A DNA stretch of 64,000 bases from Eledone cirrhosa (lineage: Eukaryota): the NCBI GenBank assembly GCA_964016885.1, contig OZ024740.1:10664001-10728000 (forward strand). The letters are read 5' to 3'. A program made the position numbers and the translations under genes. Each line of letters starts with the position of its first letter. The first letter of the stretch is position 1. Below the pieces are notes generated by a model. That model saw nothing but the letters and a program-made list of their open reading frames with translations. It was not told the DNA's origin and searched no databases. Shown in pieces: positions 35,101-50,100 of this stretch.

Positions 35101-38100
35101 CTTAAAACCTGGTGGAGCCCATCTTAATACCTGGTGGAGCCCATCTTAATACCTAGTGGAGCCCATCTTAAAACCTGGTGGAGCTCATCATAAAACCTGG
35201 TGGAGCCCATCTTAATACCTGGTGGAGCCCATCTTAATACCTGGTGGAGCCCATCATAAACCTGGTGGAGCCCATCTTAATACCTGGTGGAGCCCATCTT
35301 AAAACCAAATGGACCCCATCTTAAAACCTGGTGCACCCCATCTTAAATCCTGGTGGACCCCATCTTAATAGCTGGTGGAGCCCATCTTAAAACCTGGTGG
35401 ACCCCATCTGAAAACCTGGTGGACCCCATCTTAAAACTTGGTGGACCCAATCTTAATTACTGGTGGAGCCCATCTTAATACCTGGTGGAGCCCATCTTAA
35501 TACCTAGTGGAGCCCATCTTCAAACCTGGTGGAGCCCATCTTAAAACCTGGTGGAGCCGATCTTAATACCTGGTGGACCCCATCTTAAAACCTGGTAGAC
35601 CCCATCTTAATACCTGGTGGACCCCATCTTAATACCTGGTGGAGCCCATCTTAAAATATGGTGGAGCCCGTCTTAAAACCTGGTGGAGCCCATCTTAAAA
35701 CCTGGTGGACCCCATCTTAAAACCTGGTGGACCCCATCTTAAAAGCTGGTGGAGCCCATCTTAATACCTGGTGGAGCAAGTCTTAATACCTGGTGGAGCC
35801 CATCTTAAAACCTGGTGGACCCCATCTGAAAACCTGGTGGACCCCATCTTAAAACCTGGTGGACCCCATCTTAAAAGCTGGTGGAGCCCATCTTAATACC
35901 TGGTGGAGCCCTTCTTAAAAACTGGTGGAGCCCATCTTAATACCTGTTGGAGCACGTCTAAATACCTAGTGGAGCCCATCTTAAAACGTGGTGGAGCTCA
36001 TCATAAAACCTGGTGGAGCCCATCTTAATACCTGGTGGAGCCCATCTTAATACCTGGTGGACCCCATGTTAAAACCTGGTGGAGGCCATCTTAATACCTA
36101 GTGGAGCCCATCTTAAAACCTAAGGAGCTCATCATAAAACCTGGTGGAGCCCATCTTAATACCTGGTGGAGCACGTCTTAATACCTGGTGGAGCACGTCT
36201 TAATATCTGGTGGACACCATCTTTAAACCTGGTTGACCCCATCTTAATACCTGGTGAAGGCCATCTTAATACCTGGTGGAGCCAATCTTAATAGCTCGTG
36301 GAGCCCATCTTAATACCTCGTGGAGCCCATCTTGATACCTGGTGGAGCCCATTTTAATACCTGGTGGGGCCCATCTTAAAACCTGGTGGAGCCCATCTTA
36401 ATACCTAGTTGACCCCATCTTAAAACCTGGTGGACCCCATCTTAATACCTGGTGGACCCCATCTTAATACCTGGTGGAGCCCATCTTAAAATATGGTGGA
36501 GTCCATCTTAAAACCTGGTGGACCCCATCTTAAAACCTGGTTGAGCCCATCTTAATACCTGGTGGAACCCATCTTAAAACCTGGTGGAGCCCACCTTAAA
36601 ACCTGGTGGAGCCCATCTTAATACCTGGTGGACCCCATCTTAAAACCTGGTGGAGCCCATCTTAATACCTGGTGGAGCCCTTCTTAAAACCTGGTGGACC
36701 CCATCTTAAAACCTGGTGGACCCCATCTTAGTACCTGGTGGACCCCATCTTAATAGCTGGTGGACCCCATCTTAATAGCTGGTGGAGCCCATCTTAAAAT
36801 ATGGTGGAGCCCATCTTAAAACCTGGTGGACCCCATCTGAAAACCTGGTGGAACCCATCTTAATACCTGTTGGAGCCCATCTTAATACCAGCTGGAGTCC
36901 ATCTTAATACTTGTTGGAGCCCATCTTAATACTTGTTGGAGCCCATCTTAATACCTGGTGGAGCTCATAAAACCTGGTGGAGCCCATCTTAATACCTGGT
37001 GGAGCCCATCTTAATACCTGGCCCAGCCCATCATAAACCTAGTGGAGCACGTCTTAATACCTGGTGGAGCCCATCTTAATACCTGGTGGACCCCATCTTA
37101 AAACCTGGTGGACACCATCTTAATACCTGGTGGAGCCCGTCTTAATACCTGGTGGACCCCATCTTAGTACCTGGTGGACCCCATCTTGATACCAGCTGGA
37201 GCCCATCTTAATACTTGGTGGAGCCCATCTCAATACCTGGTGGAGCCCATCTTAAAACCTGGTGGACCCCATCTTAAAACCTGGTGGAGCACGTCTTAAT
37301 ACCTGGTGGAGCCCATCTAAAAACCAGGTGGAGCATGTCTTAATACCTGGTGGAGCCCATCTTAATACCTGGTGGAGCCCTTAAAAACTGGTGGAGCCCA
37401 TCTTAATACCTGGTGGAGCCCATCTTAAAACCTGGTGGAGCCCATCTTAATACCTGGTTGACCCCATCTTAAAACCTAGTGGACCACATCTTAATACCTG
37501 GTGGACCCCATCTTAATACCTGGTGGAGGCCATCTTAAAGTATGGTGGAGTCCATCTTAAAACTTGGTGGACCCCATCTTAATACGTGGTGGAGCCCTTC
37601 TTAAAAACTGGTGGAGCCCATCTTAATACCTGGTGGAGCCCATCTTAAAACCTGGTGGAACCCATCTTAATACCTGTTGGAGCACATCTTAATACCTAGT
37701 GGAGCCCATCTTAAAACCTGGTGGAGCTCATCATAAAACCTGGTGGAGCCCATCTTAATACCTGGTGGAGCCCATCTTAATACCTGGTGGAGCCCATCTT
37801 AATACCTAGTGGAGCCCATCTTAAAACCTGGTGGAGACCATCTTAATACCTGGTGGAGCCCATCTTAATACCTGGTGGAGCCCATCTTAATACCTAGTGG
37901 AGCCCATCTTAAAACCTGGTGGAGCCCATCTTAATACCTTGTGGAGCCCATCTTACTACCTGGTGGAGCCCATCATAAACCTAGTGGAGCACGTCTTAAT
38001 ACCTGGTGGAGCCCATCTTAATACCTGGTGGACACCATCTTAAAACCTGGTGGACACCATCTTAATACCTTGTGGAGCCCATCTTACTACCTGGTGGAGC

Positions 38101-41100
38101 CCATCATAAACCTAGTGGAGCACGTCTTAATACCTGGTGGAGCCCGTCTTAATACTTGGTGGACGCCATCTTAATAACTGGCGGACCACATTTTAATACC
38201 TGGTGGAGCCCATCTTAAAACCAAATGGACCCCATCTTAAAACCTGGTGGACCCCATCTTAGTACCTGGTGGACCCCATCTTAATAGCTGGTGGAGCCCA
38301 TCTTAAAATATGGTGGAGCCCATCTTAAAACCTGGTGGACCCCGTCTTAAAACCTGGTGGAGCTCGTCTTAAAACCTGGTGGAGCCCGTCTTAAAACCTG
38401 GTGGAGCCCATCTTAAAACCTGGTAGACCCCATCTTAAAACCTAGTGGACCCCATATTAAAACCTGGTGAAGCCCATCTTAATACCTGGTACCCAACTTA
38501 ATACCTGGTGGAGCCCATCTTAAAACCTGGTGGAGCCCATCTTAATACCTGGTGGAGCCCATCTTAATACCTAGTGGACCCCATCTTAATACCGGGTGGA
38601 CCCCATCTTAAAACCTGGTGGAGCCCATCTTAAAACCAGGTGGAGCACATCTTAATACCTGGTGGACCCCATTTTAAACCTGGTGGAGCCCATCTTAAAC
38701 CTGGTGGACCCCATCTTAAAACCTGGTGGAGCCCATCTTAATACCTGGTGGACCCCATCTTAATACCTGGTGGACCCCATCTTAAAACCTGGTGGACCCC
38801 ATGTTTATTACTGGCGGAGCCCATCTTAATACCTGGTGGAGCACATCTTAATACCTGGTGGAGCCCATCTTAAAACCTGGTTGAGCCCATCTTAATACCT
38901 GGTAGAGCCCATCTTGAAACCTGGTGGACGCCATCTTAAAACCTGGTGGAGCCCATCTTAATACCTGGTGGAGCCCATCTTAAAACCTGGTGGAGCCCAT
39001 CTTAATACCTGGTGGAGCCCATCTTAAAACCTGGTGGAGCACTTCTTAAAAGCTGGTGGAGCCCATCTTAAAACCTGGTGGACCCCATCTTAAAACCTGT
39101 CGGACCTCATCATAATACCTGTTGGAGCCCATCTTAAAACCTGGTAGAGTCCGTCTTAAAACCTGGTGGAGCCCATCTTAATACCTGGTGGAGCCCATCA
39201 TAAAACCTGGTGCCCATCTTAATACCTGGTGGAGCCCATCTTAAAACCTGGTGGAGCCCATCTTAATACCTGGTGGAGCCCATCTTAATACCTGGTGGAC
39301 CCCATCTTAAAACCTGGTGGACCCCATCTTAAAACCTGGTGGATCCCATCTTAATACCTGGTGAAGCCCATCTTAATACCTGGTGGAGCCCATCTTAATA
39401 CGTGGTCGACCCCATCTTAATACCTGGTGGAGCCCATCTTAAAGCCTGGTGGAGCCCATCTTAATAGCTGGTGGACCCCATCTTAAATCCTGGTGGACCA
39501 CATCTTAAATCCTGGTGGACCACATCTTAAATCCTGGTGGACCACATCTTAATACCTGGTCGACCCATCTTAATACCTGGTGGAGCCCGTCTTAAAACCT
39601 GGTGGAGCCAATCTTAAAACCTGGTGGGGCCCATCTTAAAACCAGGTGGACCCTATCTTAAAACCTGGTGCACCCCATCTTAAAACCTGGTGGACCCCAT
39701 CTTAAAACCTGGTGGACCCCATCTTAATACCTGGTGGACCCCATCTTAATAGCTGGTGGAGCCCATCTTAAAACATGGTGGAGCACATCTTAAAACCTGG
39801 TGGAGCACGTCTTAAAACCTGGTGGAGCCCATCTTAAACCTGGTTGAGCACGTCTTAATACGTGGTGGAGCCCATCTTAATAGCTGGTGGAGCCCATCTT
39901 ATAATATGGTGGAGCCCATCTTAAAACCTGGTGGACCCCATTTTAAAACCTGGTGGACCCCGTCTTAAAACCTGGTGGAGCCCATCTTAATACCTAGTGG
40001 AGCCCATCTTAAAACCTGGTGGAGCCCATCTTAAAACCTGGTGGAGCCCATCTTAAAACCTGGTGGAGCCCATCTTAATACCTGGTGGACCCCATCTTAA
40101 TACCTGGTGGAGCCCATCTTAATACCTGGTGGACCCCATCTTAATACCTGGTGGAGCCCATCTTAAAACCTGGTGGAGCCCATCTTAATACCTGGTGGAG
40201 CCCATCATAAAACCTGGTGCCCATCTTAATACCTGGTGGAGCCCATCTTAAAACCTGGTGGAGCCCATCTTAATACCTGGTGGAGCCCATCTTAATACCT
40301 GGTGGACCCCATCTTAAAACCTGGTGGACCCCATCTTAAAACCTGGTGGATCCCATCTTAATACCTGGTGAAGCCCATCTTAATACCTGGTGGACCCCAT
40401 CTTACTACCTGGTGGAGCCCATCTTAATACGTGGTCGACCCCATCTTAATACCTGGTGGAGCCCATCTTAAAGCCTGGTGGAGTCCATCTTAATAGCTGG
40501 TGGACCCCATCTTAAATCCTGGTGGACCACATCTTAAATCCTGGTGGACCACATCTTAATACCTGGTGGACCCATCTTAATACCTGGTGGAGCCCGTCTT
40601 AAAACCTGGTGGAGCCCATCTTAATACCTGGTGGACCCCATCTTACTACCTGGTGGAGCCCATCTTAATACGTGGTCGACCCCATCTTAATACCTGGTGG
40701 AGCCCATCTTAAAGCCTGGTGGAGCCCATCTTAATAGCTGGTGGACCCCATCTTAAATCCTGGTGGACCACATCTTAAATCCTGGTGGACCACATCTTAA
40801 ATCCTGGTGGACCACATCTTAATACCTGGTCGACCCATCTTAATACCTGGTGGAGCCCGTCTTAAAACCTGGTGGAGCCAATCTTAAAACCTGGTGGGGC
40901 GCATCTTAAAACCAGGTGGACCCTATCTTAAAACCTGGTGCACCCCATCTTAAAACCTGGTGGACCCCATCTTAAAACCTGGTGGACCCCATCTTAATAC
41001 CTGGTGGACCCCATCTTAATAGCTGGTGGAGTCCATCTTAAAACATGGTGGAGCACATCTTAAAACCTGGTGGAGCACGTCTTAAAACCTGGTGGAGCCC

Positions 41101-44100
41101 ATCTTAAACCTGGTTGAGCACGTCTTAATACGTGGTGGAGCCCATCTTAATAGCTGGTGGAGCCCATCTTATAATATGGTGGAGCCCATCTTAAAACCTG
41201 GTGGACCCCATCTTAAAACCTGGTGGACCCCGTCTTAAAACCTGGTGGAGCCCATCTTAATACCTAGTGGAGCCCATCTTAAAACCTGGTGGAGCCCATC
41301 TTAAAACCTGGTGGAGCCCATCTTAATACCTGGTGGACCCATCTTAATACCTGGTGGAGCCCATCTTAATACCCGGTGGACCCCATCTTAATACCTGGTG
41401 GAGCCCATCTTAAAACCTGGTGGAGCCCATCTTAATACCTGGTGGAGCCCATCATAAAACCTGGTGCCCATCTTAATACCTGGTGGAGCCCATCTTAAAA
41501 CCTGGTGGAGCCCATCTTAATACCTGGTGGAGCCCATCTTAATACCTGGTGGACCCCATCTTAAAACCTGGTGGACCCCATCTTAAAACCTGGTGGATCC
41601 CATCTTAATACCTGGTGAAGCCCATCTTAATACCTGGTGGACCCCATCTTACTACCTGGTGGAGCCCATCTTAATACGTGGTCGACCCCATCTTAATACC
41701 TGGTGGAGCCCATCTTAAAGCCTGGTGGAGCCCATCTTAATAGCTGGTGGACCCCATCTTAAATCCTGGTGGACCACATCTTAAATCCTGGTGGACCACA
41801 TCTTAATACCTGGTGGACCCATCTTAATACCTGGTGGAGCCCGTCTTAAAACCTGGTGGAGCCCATCTTAAAACCTGGTGGGGCCCATCTTAAAACCAGG
41901 TGGACCCCATCTTAAAACCTGGTGCACCCCATCTTAAAACCTGGTGGACCCCATCTTAAAACCTGGTGGAGCCCATCTTAAAACATGGAGCCCATCTTAA
42001 AACCTGGTGGAGCCCATCTTAAACCTGGTTGAGCACGTCTTAATACGTGGTGGAGCCCATCTTAATAGCTGGTGGAGCCCATCTTATAATATGGTGGAGC
42101 CCATCTTAAAACCTGGTGGACCCCATCTTAAAACCTGGTGGACCCCGTCTTAAAACCTGGTGGAGCCCATCTTAATACCTAGTGGAGCCCATCTTAAAAC
42201 CTGGTGGAGCCCATCTTAAAACCTGGTGGTTCTCATCATAAAACCTGGTGCAGCCCATCTTAATACCTGGTGGAGCCCATCTTAATACCTGGTGGACCCC
42301 ATCTTTAAACCTGCTGAACTCCATCTTAAAACCTGGTGGACACCATCTTAATACCTGGTGGAGCCCGTCTTAATACCTGATGGACCCCATCTTAATAGCT
42401 GGTGGACCACATCTTAAAACCTGGTGGAGCCCATCTTAATACCTGGTGGAGCCCATCTTAATACCTGGTGGACCCCATCTTAAAACCTGGTGGACCCCAT
42501 CTTAAAACCTGGTGGATCCCATCTTAATACCTGGTGAAGCCCATCTTAATACCTGGTGGACCCCATCTTACTACCTGGTGGAGCCCATCTTAATACGTGG
42601 TCGACCCCATCTTAATACCTGGTGGAGCCCATCTTAAAGCCTGGTGGAGCCCATCTTAATAGCTGGTGGACCCCATCTTAAATCCTGGTGGACCACATCT
42701 TAAATCCTGGTGGACCACATCTTAATACCTGGTGGACCCATCTTAATACCTGGTGGAGCCCGTCTTAAAACCTGGTGGAGCCCATCTTAATACCTGGTGG
42801 ACCCCATCTTACTACCTGGTGGAGCCCATCTTAATACGTGGTCGACCCCATCTTAATACCTGGTGGAGCCCATCTTAAAGCCTGGTGGAGCCCATCTTAA
42901 TAGCTGGTGGACCCCATTTTAAATCCTGGTGGACCACATCTTAAATCCTGGTGGACCACATCTTAAATCCTGGTGGACCACATCTTAATACCTGGTCGAC
43001 CCATCTTAATACCTGGTGGAGCCCGTCTTAAAACCTGGTGGAGCCAATCTTAAAACCTGGTGGGGCCCATCTTAAAACCAGGTGGACCCTATCTTAAAAC
43101 CTGGTGCACCCCATCTTAAAACCTGGTGGACCCCATCTTAATACCTGGTGGACCCCATCTTAATAGCTGGTGGAGCCCATCTTAAAACATGGTGGAGCAC
43201 ATCTTAAAACCTGGTGGAGCACGTCTTAAAACCTGGTGGAGCCCATCTTAAACCTGGTTGAGCACGTCTTAATACGTGGTGGAGCCCATCTTAATAGCTG
43301 GTGGAGCCCATCTTATAATATGGTGGAGCCCATCTTAAAACCTGGTGGACCCCGTCTTAAAACCTGGTGGAGCCCATCTTAATACCTAGTGGAGCCCATC
43401 TTAAAACCTGGTGGAGCCCATCTTAAAACCTGGTGGAGCCCATCTTAATACCTGGTGGACCCATCTTAATACCTGGTGGAGCCCATCTTAATACCTGGTG
43501 GACCCCATCTTAATACCTGGTGGAGCCCATCTTAAAACCTGGTGGAGCCCATCTTAATACCTGGTGGAGCCCATCATAAAACCTGGTGCCCATCTTAATA
43601 CCTGGTGGAGCCCATCTTAAAACCTGGTGGAGCCCATCTTAATACCTGGTGGAGCCCATCTTAATACCTGGTGGACCCCATCTTAAAACCTGGTGGACCC
43701 CATCTTAAAACCCGGTGGATCCCATCTTAATACCTGGTGAAGCCCATCTTAATACCTGGTGGACCCCATCTTAATACGTGGTCGACCCCATCTTAATACC
43801 TGGTGGAGCCCATCTTAAAGCCTGGTGGAGCCCATCTTAATAGCTGGTGGACCCCATCTTAAATCCTGGTGGACCACATCTTAAATCCTGGTGGACCACA
43901 TCTTAATACCTGGTGGACCCATCTTAATACCTGGTGGAGCCCGTCTTAAAACCTGGTGGAGCCCATCTTAAAACCTGGTGGGGCCCAACTTAAAACCAGG
44001 TGGACCCCATCTTAAAACCTGGTGCACCCCATCTTAAAACCTGGTGGACCCCATCTTAAAACCTGGTGGAGCCCATCTTAAAACATGGTGGAGCCCATCT

Positions 44101-47100
44101 TAAAACCTGGTGGAGCCCATCTTAAACCTGGTTGAGCACGTCTTAATACGTGGTGGAGCCCATCTTAATAGCTGGTGGAGCCCATCTTATAATATGGTGG
44201 AGCCCATCTTAAAACCTGGTGGACCCCATCTTAAAACCTGGTGGACCCCGTCTTAAAACCTGGTGGAGCCCATCTTAATACCTAGTGGAGCCCATCTTAA
44301 AACCTGGTGGAGCCCATCTTAAAACCTGGTGGTTCTCATCATAAAACCTGGTGCAGCCCATCTTAATACCTGGTGGAGCCCATCTTAATACCTGGTGGAC
44401 CCCATCTTAATACCTGGTGGAGCCCATCTTAAAACCTGGTGGAGCCCATCTTAATACCTGGTGGAGCCCATCATAAAACCTGGTGCCCATCTTAATACCT
44501 GGTGGAGCCCATCTTAAAACCTGGTGGAGCCCATCTTAATACCTGGTGGAGCCCATCTTAATACCTGGTGGACCCCATCTTAAAACCTGGTGGACCCCAT
44601 CTTAAAACCTGGTGGATCCCATCTTAATACCTGGTGAAGCCCATCTTAATACCTGGTGGACCCCATCTTACTACCTGGTGGAGCCCATCTTAATACGTGG
44701 TCGACCCCATCTTAATACCTGGTGGAGCCCATCTTAAAGCCTGGTGGAGCCCATCTTAATAGCTGGTGGACCCCATCTTAAATCCTGGTGGACCACATCT
44801 TAAATCCTGGTGGACCACATCTTAATACCTGGTGGACCCATCTTAATACCTGGTGGAGCCCGTCTTAAAACCTGGTGGAGCCCATCTTAATACCTGGTGG
44901 ACCCCATCTTACTACCTGGTGGAGCCCATCTTAATACGTGGTCGACCCCATCTTAATACCTGGTGGAGCCCATCTTAAAGCCTGGTGGAGCCCATCTTAA
45001 TAGCTGGTGGACCCCATCTTAAATCCTGGTGGACCACATCTTAAATCCTGGTGGACCACATCTTAAATCCTGGTGGACCACATCTTAATACCTGGTCGAC
45101 CCATCTTAATACCTGGTGGAGCCCGTCTTAAAACCTGGTGGAGCCAATCTTAAAACCTGGTGGGGCCCATCTTAAAACCAGGTGGACCCTATCTTAAAAC
45201 CTGGTGCACCCCATCTTAAAACCTGGTGGACCCCATCTTAAAACCTGGTGGACCCCATCTTAATACCTGGTGGACCCCATCTTAATAGCTGGTGGAGCCC
45301 ATCTTAAAACATGGTGGAGCACATCTTAAAACCTGGTGGAGCACGTCTTAAAACCTGGTGGAGCCCATCTTAAACCTGGTTGAGCACGTCTTAATACGTG
45401 GTGGAGCCCATCTTAATAGCTGGTGGAGCCCATCTTATAATATGGTGGAGCCCATCTTAAAACCTGGTGGACCCCGTCTTAAAACCTGGTGGAGCCCATC
45501 TTAATACCTAGTGGAGCCCATCTTAAAACCTGGTGGAGCCCATCTTAAAACCTGGTGGAGCCCATCTTAATACCTGGTGGACCCATCTTAATACCTGGTG
45601 GAGCCCATCTTAATACCTGGTGGACCCCATCTTAATACCTGGTGGAGCCCATCTTAAAACCTGGTGGAGCCCATCTTAATACCTGGTGGAGCCCATCATA
45701 AAACCTGGTGCCCATCTTAATACCTGGTGGAGCCCATCTTAAAACCTGGTGGAGCCCATCTTAATACCTGGTGGAGCCCATCTTAATACCTGGTGGACCC
45801 CATCTTAAAACCTGGTGGACCCCATCTTAAAACCTGGTGGATCCCATCTTAATACCTGGTGAAGCCCATCTTAATACCTGGTGGACCCCATCTTACTACC
45901 TGGTGGAGCCCATCTTAATACGTGGTCGACCCCATCTTAATACCTGGTGGAGCCCATCTTAAAGCCTGGTGGAGCCCATCTTAATAGCTGGTGGACCCCA
46001 TCTTAAATCCTGGTGGACCACATCTTAAATCCTGGTGGACCACATCTTAATACCTGGTGGAGCCCGTCTTAAAACCTGGTGGAGCCCATCTTAAAACCTG
46101 GTGGGGCCCATCTTAAAACCAGGTGGACCCCATCTTAAAACCTGGTGCACCCCATCTTAAAACCTGGTGGACCCCATCTTAAAACCTGGTGGAGCCCATC
46201 TTAAAAAATGGTGGAGCCCATCTTAAAACCTGGTGGAGCCCATCTTAAACCTGGTTGAGCCCGTCTTAATACGTGGTGGAGCCCATCTTAATAGCTGGTG
46301 GAGCCCATCTTATAATATGGTGGAGCCCATCTTAAAACCTGGTGGACCCCATCTTAAAACCTGGTGGACCCCGTCTTAAAACCTGGTGGAGCCCATCTTA
46401 ATACCTAGTGGAGCCCATCTTAAAACCTGGTGGAGCCCATCTTAAAACCTGGTGGTTCTCATCATAAAACCTGGTGCAGCCCATCTTAATACCTGGTGGA
46501 GCCCATCTTAATACCTGGTGGACCCCATCTTTAAACCTGCTGAACTCCATCTTAAAACCTGGTGGACACCATCTTAATACCTGGTGGAGCCCGTCTTAAT
46601 ACCTGATGGACCCCATCTTAATAGCTGGTGGACCACATCTTAAAACCTGGTGGAGCCCATCTTAATACCTGGTGGAGCCCATCTTAATACCTGGTGGACC
46701 CCATCTTAAAACCTGGTGGACCCCATCTTAATACCTGGTGAAGCCCATCTTAATACCTGGTGGACCCCATCTTACTACCTGGTGGAGCCCATCTTAATAC
46801 GTGGTCGACCCCATCTTAATACCTGGTGGAGCCCATCTTAAAGCCTGGTGGAGCCCATCTTAATAGCTGGTGGACCCCATCTTAAATCCTGGTGGACCAC
46901 ATCTTAAATCCTGGTCGACCACATCTTAATACCTGGTGGACCCATCTTAATACCTGGTGGAGCCCGTCTTAAAACCTGGTGGAGCCCATCTTAATACCTG
47001 GTGGACCCCATCTTACTACCTGGTGGAGCCCATCTTAATACGTGGTCGACCCCATCTTAATACCTGGTGGAGCCCATCTTAAAGCCTGGTGGAGCCCATC

Positions 47101-50100
47101 TTAATAGCTGGTGGACCCCATTTTAAATCCTGGTGGACCACATCTTAAATCCTGGTGGACCCCATCTTAATACCTGGTGGACCCCATCTTAATAGCTGGT
47201 GGAGCCCATCTTAAAACATGGTGGAGCACATCTTAAAACCTGGTGGAGCACGTCTTAAAACCTGGTGGAGCCCATCTTAAACCTGGTTGAGCACGTCTTA
47301 ATACGTGGTGGAGCCCATCTTAATAGCTGGTGGAGCCCATCTTATAATATGGTGGAGCCCATCTTAAAACCTGGTGGACCCCATCTTAAAACCTGGTGGA
47401 CCCCGTCTTAAAACCTGGTGGAGCCCATCTTAATACCTAGTGGAGCCCATCTTAAAACCTGGTGGAGCCCATCTTAAAACCTGGTGGAGCCCATCTTAAT
47501 ACCTGGTGGACCCATCTTAATACCTGGTGGAGCCCATCTTAATACCTGGTGGACCCCATCTTAATACCTGGTGGAGCCCATCTTAAAACCTGGTGGAGCC
47601 CATCTTAATACCTGGTGGAGCCCATCATAAAACCTGGTGCCCATCTTAATACCTGGTGGAGCCCATCTTAAAACCTGGTGGAGCCCATCTTAATACCTGG
47701 TGGAGCCCATCTTAATACCTGGTGGAGCCCATCTTAATACCTAATGGAGCCCATCTTAAAACCTGGTGGAGCCCATCTTAATACCTTGTGGAGCCCATCT
47801 TACTACCTGGTGGAGCCCATCATAAACCTAGTGGAGCACGTCTTAATACCTGGTGGAGCCCATCTTAATACCTGGTGGACCCCATCTTAAAACCTGGTGG
47901 ACACCATCTTAATACCTGGTGGAGCCCGTCTTAATACCTGGTGGACGCCATCGTAATAGCTGGTGGACCACATTTTAATACCTGGTGGAGCCCATCTTAA
48001 AACCAAATGGACCCCATCTTAAAACCTGGTGGACCCCATCTTAGTACCTGGTGGACCCCATCTTAATAGCTGGTGGACCCCATCTTAATAGCTGGTGGAG
48101 CCCATCTTAAAATATGGTGGAGCCCATCTTAAAACCTGGTGGACCCCATCTGAAAACCTGGTGGAACCCATCTTAATACCTGTTGGAGCCCATCTTAATA
48201 CCAGCTGGAGCCCATCTTAATACTTGTTGGAGCCCATCTTAATACTTGTTGGAGCCCATCTTAATACCTGGTGGAGCTCATAAAACCTGGTGGAGCCCAT
48301 CTTAATACCTGGTGGAGCCCATCTTAATACCTGGCCCAGCCCATCATAAACCTAGTGGAGCACGTCTTAATACCTGGTGGAGCCCATCTTAATACCTGGT
48401 GGACCCCATCTTAAAACCTGGTGGACACCATCTTAATACCTGGTGGAGCCCGTCTTAATACCTGGTGGACCCCATCTTAGTACCTGGTGGACCCCATCTT
48501 GATACCAGCTGGAGCCCATCTTAATACTTGGTGGAGCCCATCTTAATACCTGGTGGAGCCCATGTTAAAACCTGGTGGACCCCATCTTAAAACCTGGTGG
48601 AGCACGTCTTAATACCTGGTGGAGCCCATCTAAAAACCAGGTGGAGCATGTCTTAATACCTGGTGGAGCCCATCTTAATACCTGGTGGAGCCCATCTTAA
48701 TACCTGGTGGAGCCCTTAAAAACTGGTGGAGCCCATCTTAATACCTGGTGGAGCCCATCTTAAAACCTGGTGGAGCCCATCTTAATACCTGGTTGACCCC
48801 ATCTTAAAACCTAGTGGACCACATCTTAATACCTGGTGGACCCCATCTTAATACCTGGTGGAGGCCATCTTAAAGTATGGTGGAGCCCATCTTAAAACTT
48901 GGTGGACCCCATCTTAATACGTGGTGGAGCCCTTCTTAAAAACTGGTGGAGCCCATCTTAATACCTGGTGGAGCCCATCTTAAAACCTGGTGGAACCCAT
49001 CTTAATACCTGTTGGAGCCCATCTTACTACCTGGTGGAGCCCATCATAAACCTAGTGGAGCACGTCTTAATACCTGGTGGAGCCCATCTTAATACCTGGT
49101 GGACCCCATCTTAAAACCTGGTGGACACCATCTTAATACCTGGTGGAGCCCGTCTTAATACCTGGTGGACGCCATCGTAATAGCTGGTGGACCACATTTT
49201 AATACCTGGTGGAGCCCATCTTAAAACCAAATGGACCCCATCTTAAAACCTGGTGGACCCCATCTTAGTACCTGGTGGACCCCATCTTAATAGCTGGTGG
49301 ACCCCATCTTAATAGCTGGTGGAGCCCATCTTAAAATATGGTGGAGCCCATCTTAAAACCTGGTGGAACCCATCTTAATACCTGTTGGAGCCCATCTTAA
49401 TACTTGTTGGAGCCCATCTTAATACTTGTTGGAGCCCATCTTAATACCTGGTGGAGCTCATAAAACCTGGTGGAGCCCATCTTAATACCTGGTGGAGCCC
49501 ATCTTAATACCTGGCCCAGCCCATCATAAACCTAGTGGAGCACGTCTTAATACCTGGTGGAGCCCATCTTAATACCTGGTGGACCCCATCTTAAAACCTG
49601 GTGGACACCATCTTAATACCTGGTGGAGCCCGTCTTAATACCTGGTGGACCCCATCTTAGTACCTGGTGGACCCCATCTTGATACCAGCTGGAGCCCATC
49701 TTAATACTTGGTGGAGCCCATCTTAATACCTGGTGGAGCCCATGTTAAAACCTGGTGGACCCCATCTTAAAACCTGGTGGAGCACGTCTTAATACCTGGT
49801 GGAGCCCATCTAAAAACCAGGTGGAGCATGTCTTAATACCTGGTGGAGCCCATCTTAATACCTGGTGGAGCCCATCTTAATACCTGGTGGAGCCCTTAAA
49901 AACTGGTGGAGCCCATCTTAATACCTGGTGGAGCCCATCTTAAAACCTGGTGGAGCCCATCTTAATACCTGGTTGACCCCATCTTAAAACCTAGTGGACC
50001 ACATCTTAATACCTGGTGGACCCCATCTTAATACCTGGTGGAGGCCATCTTAAAGTATGGTGGAGCCCATCTTAAAACTTGGTGGACCCCATCTTAATAC

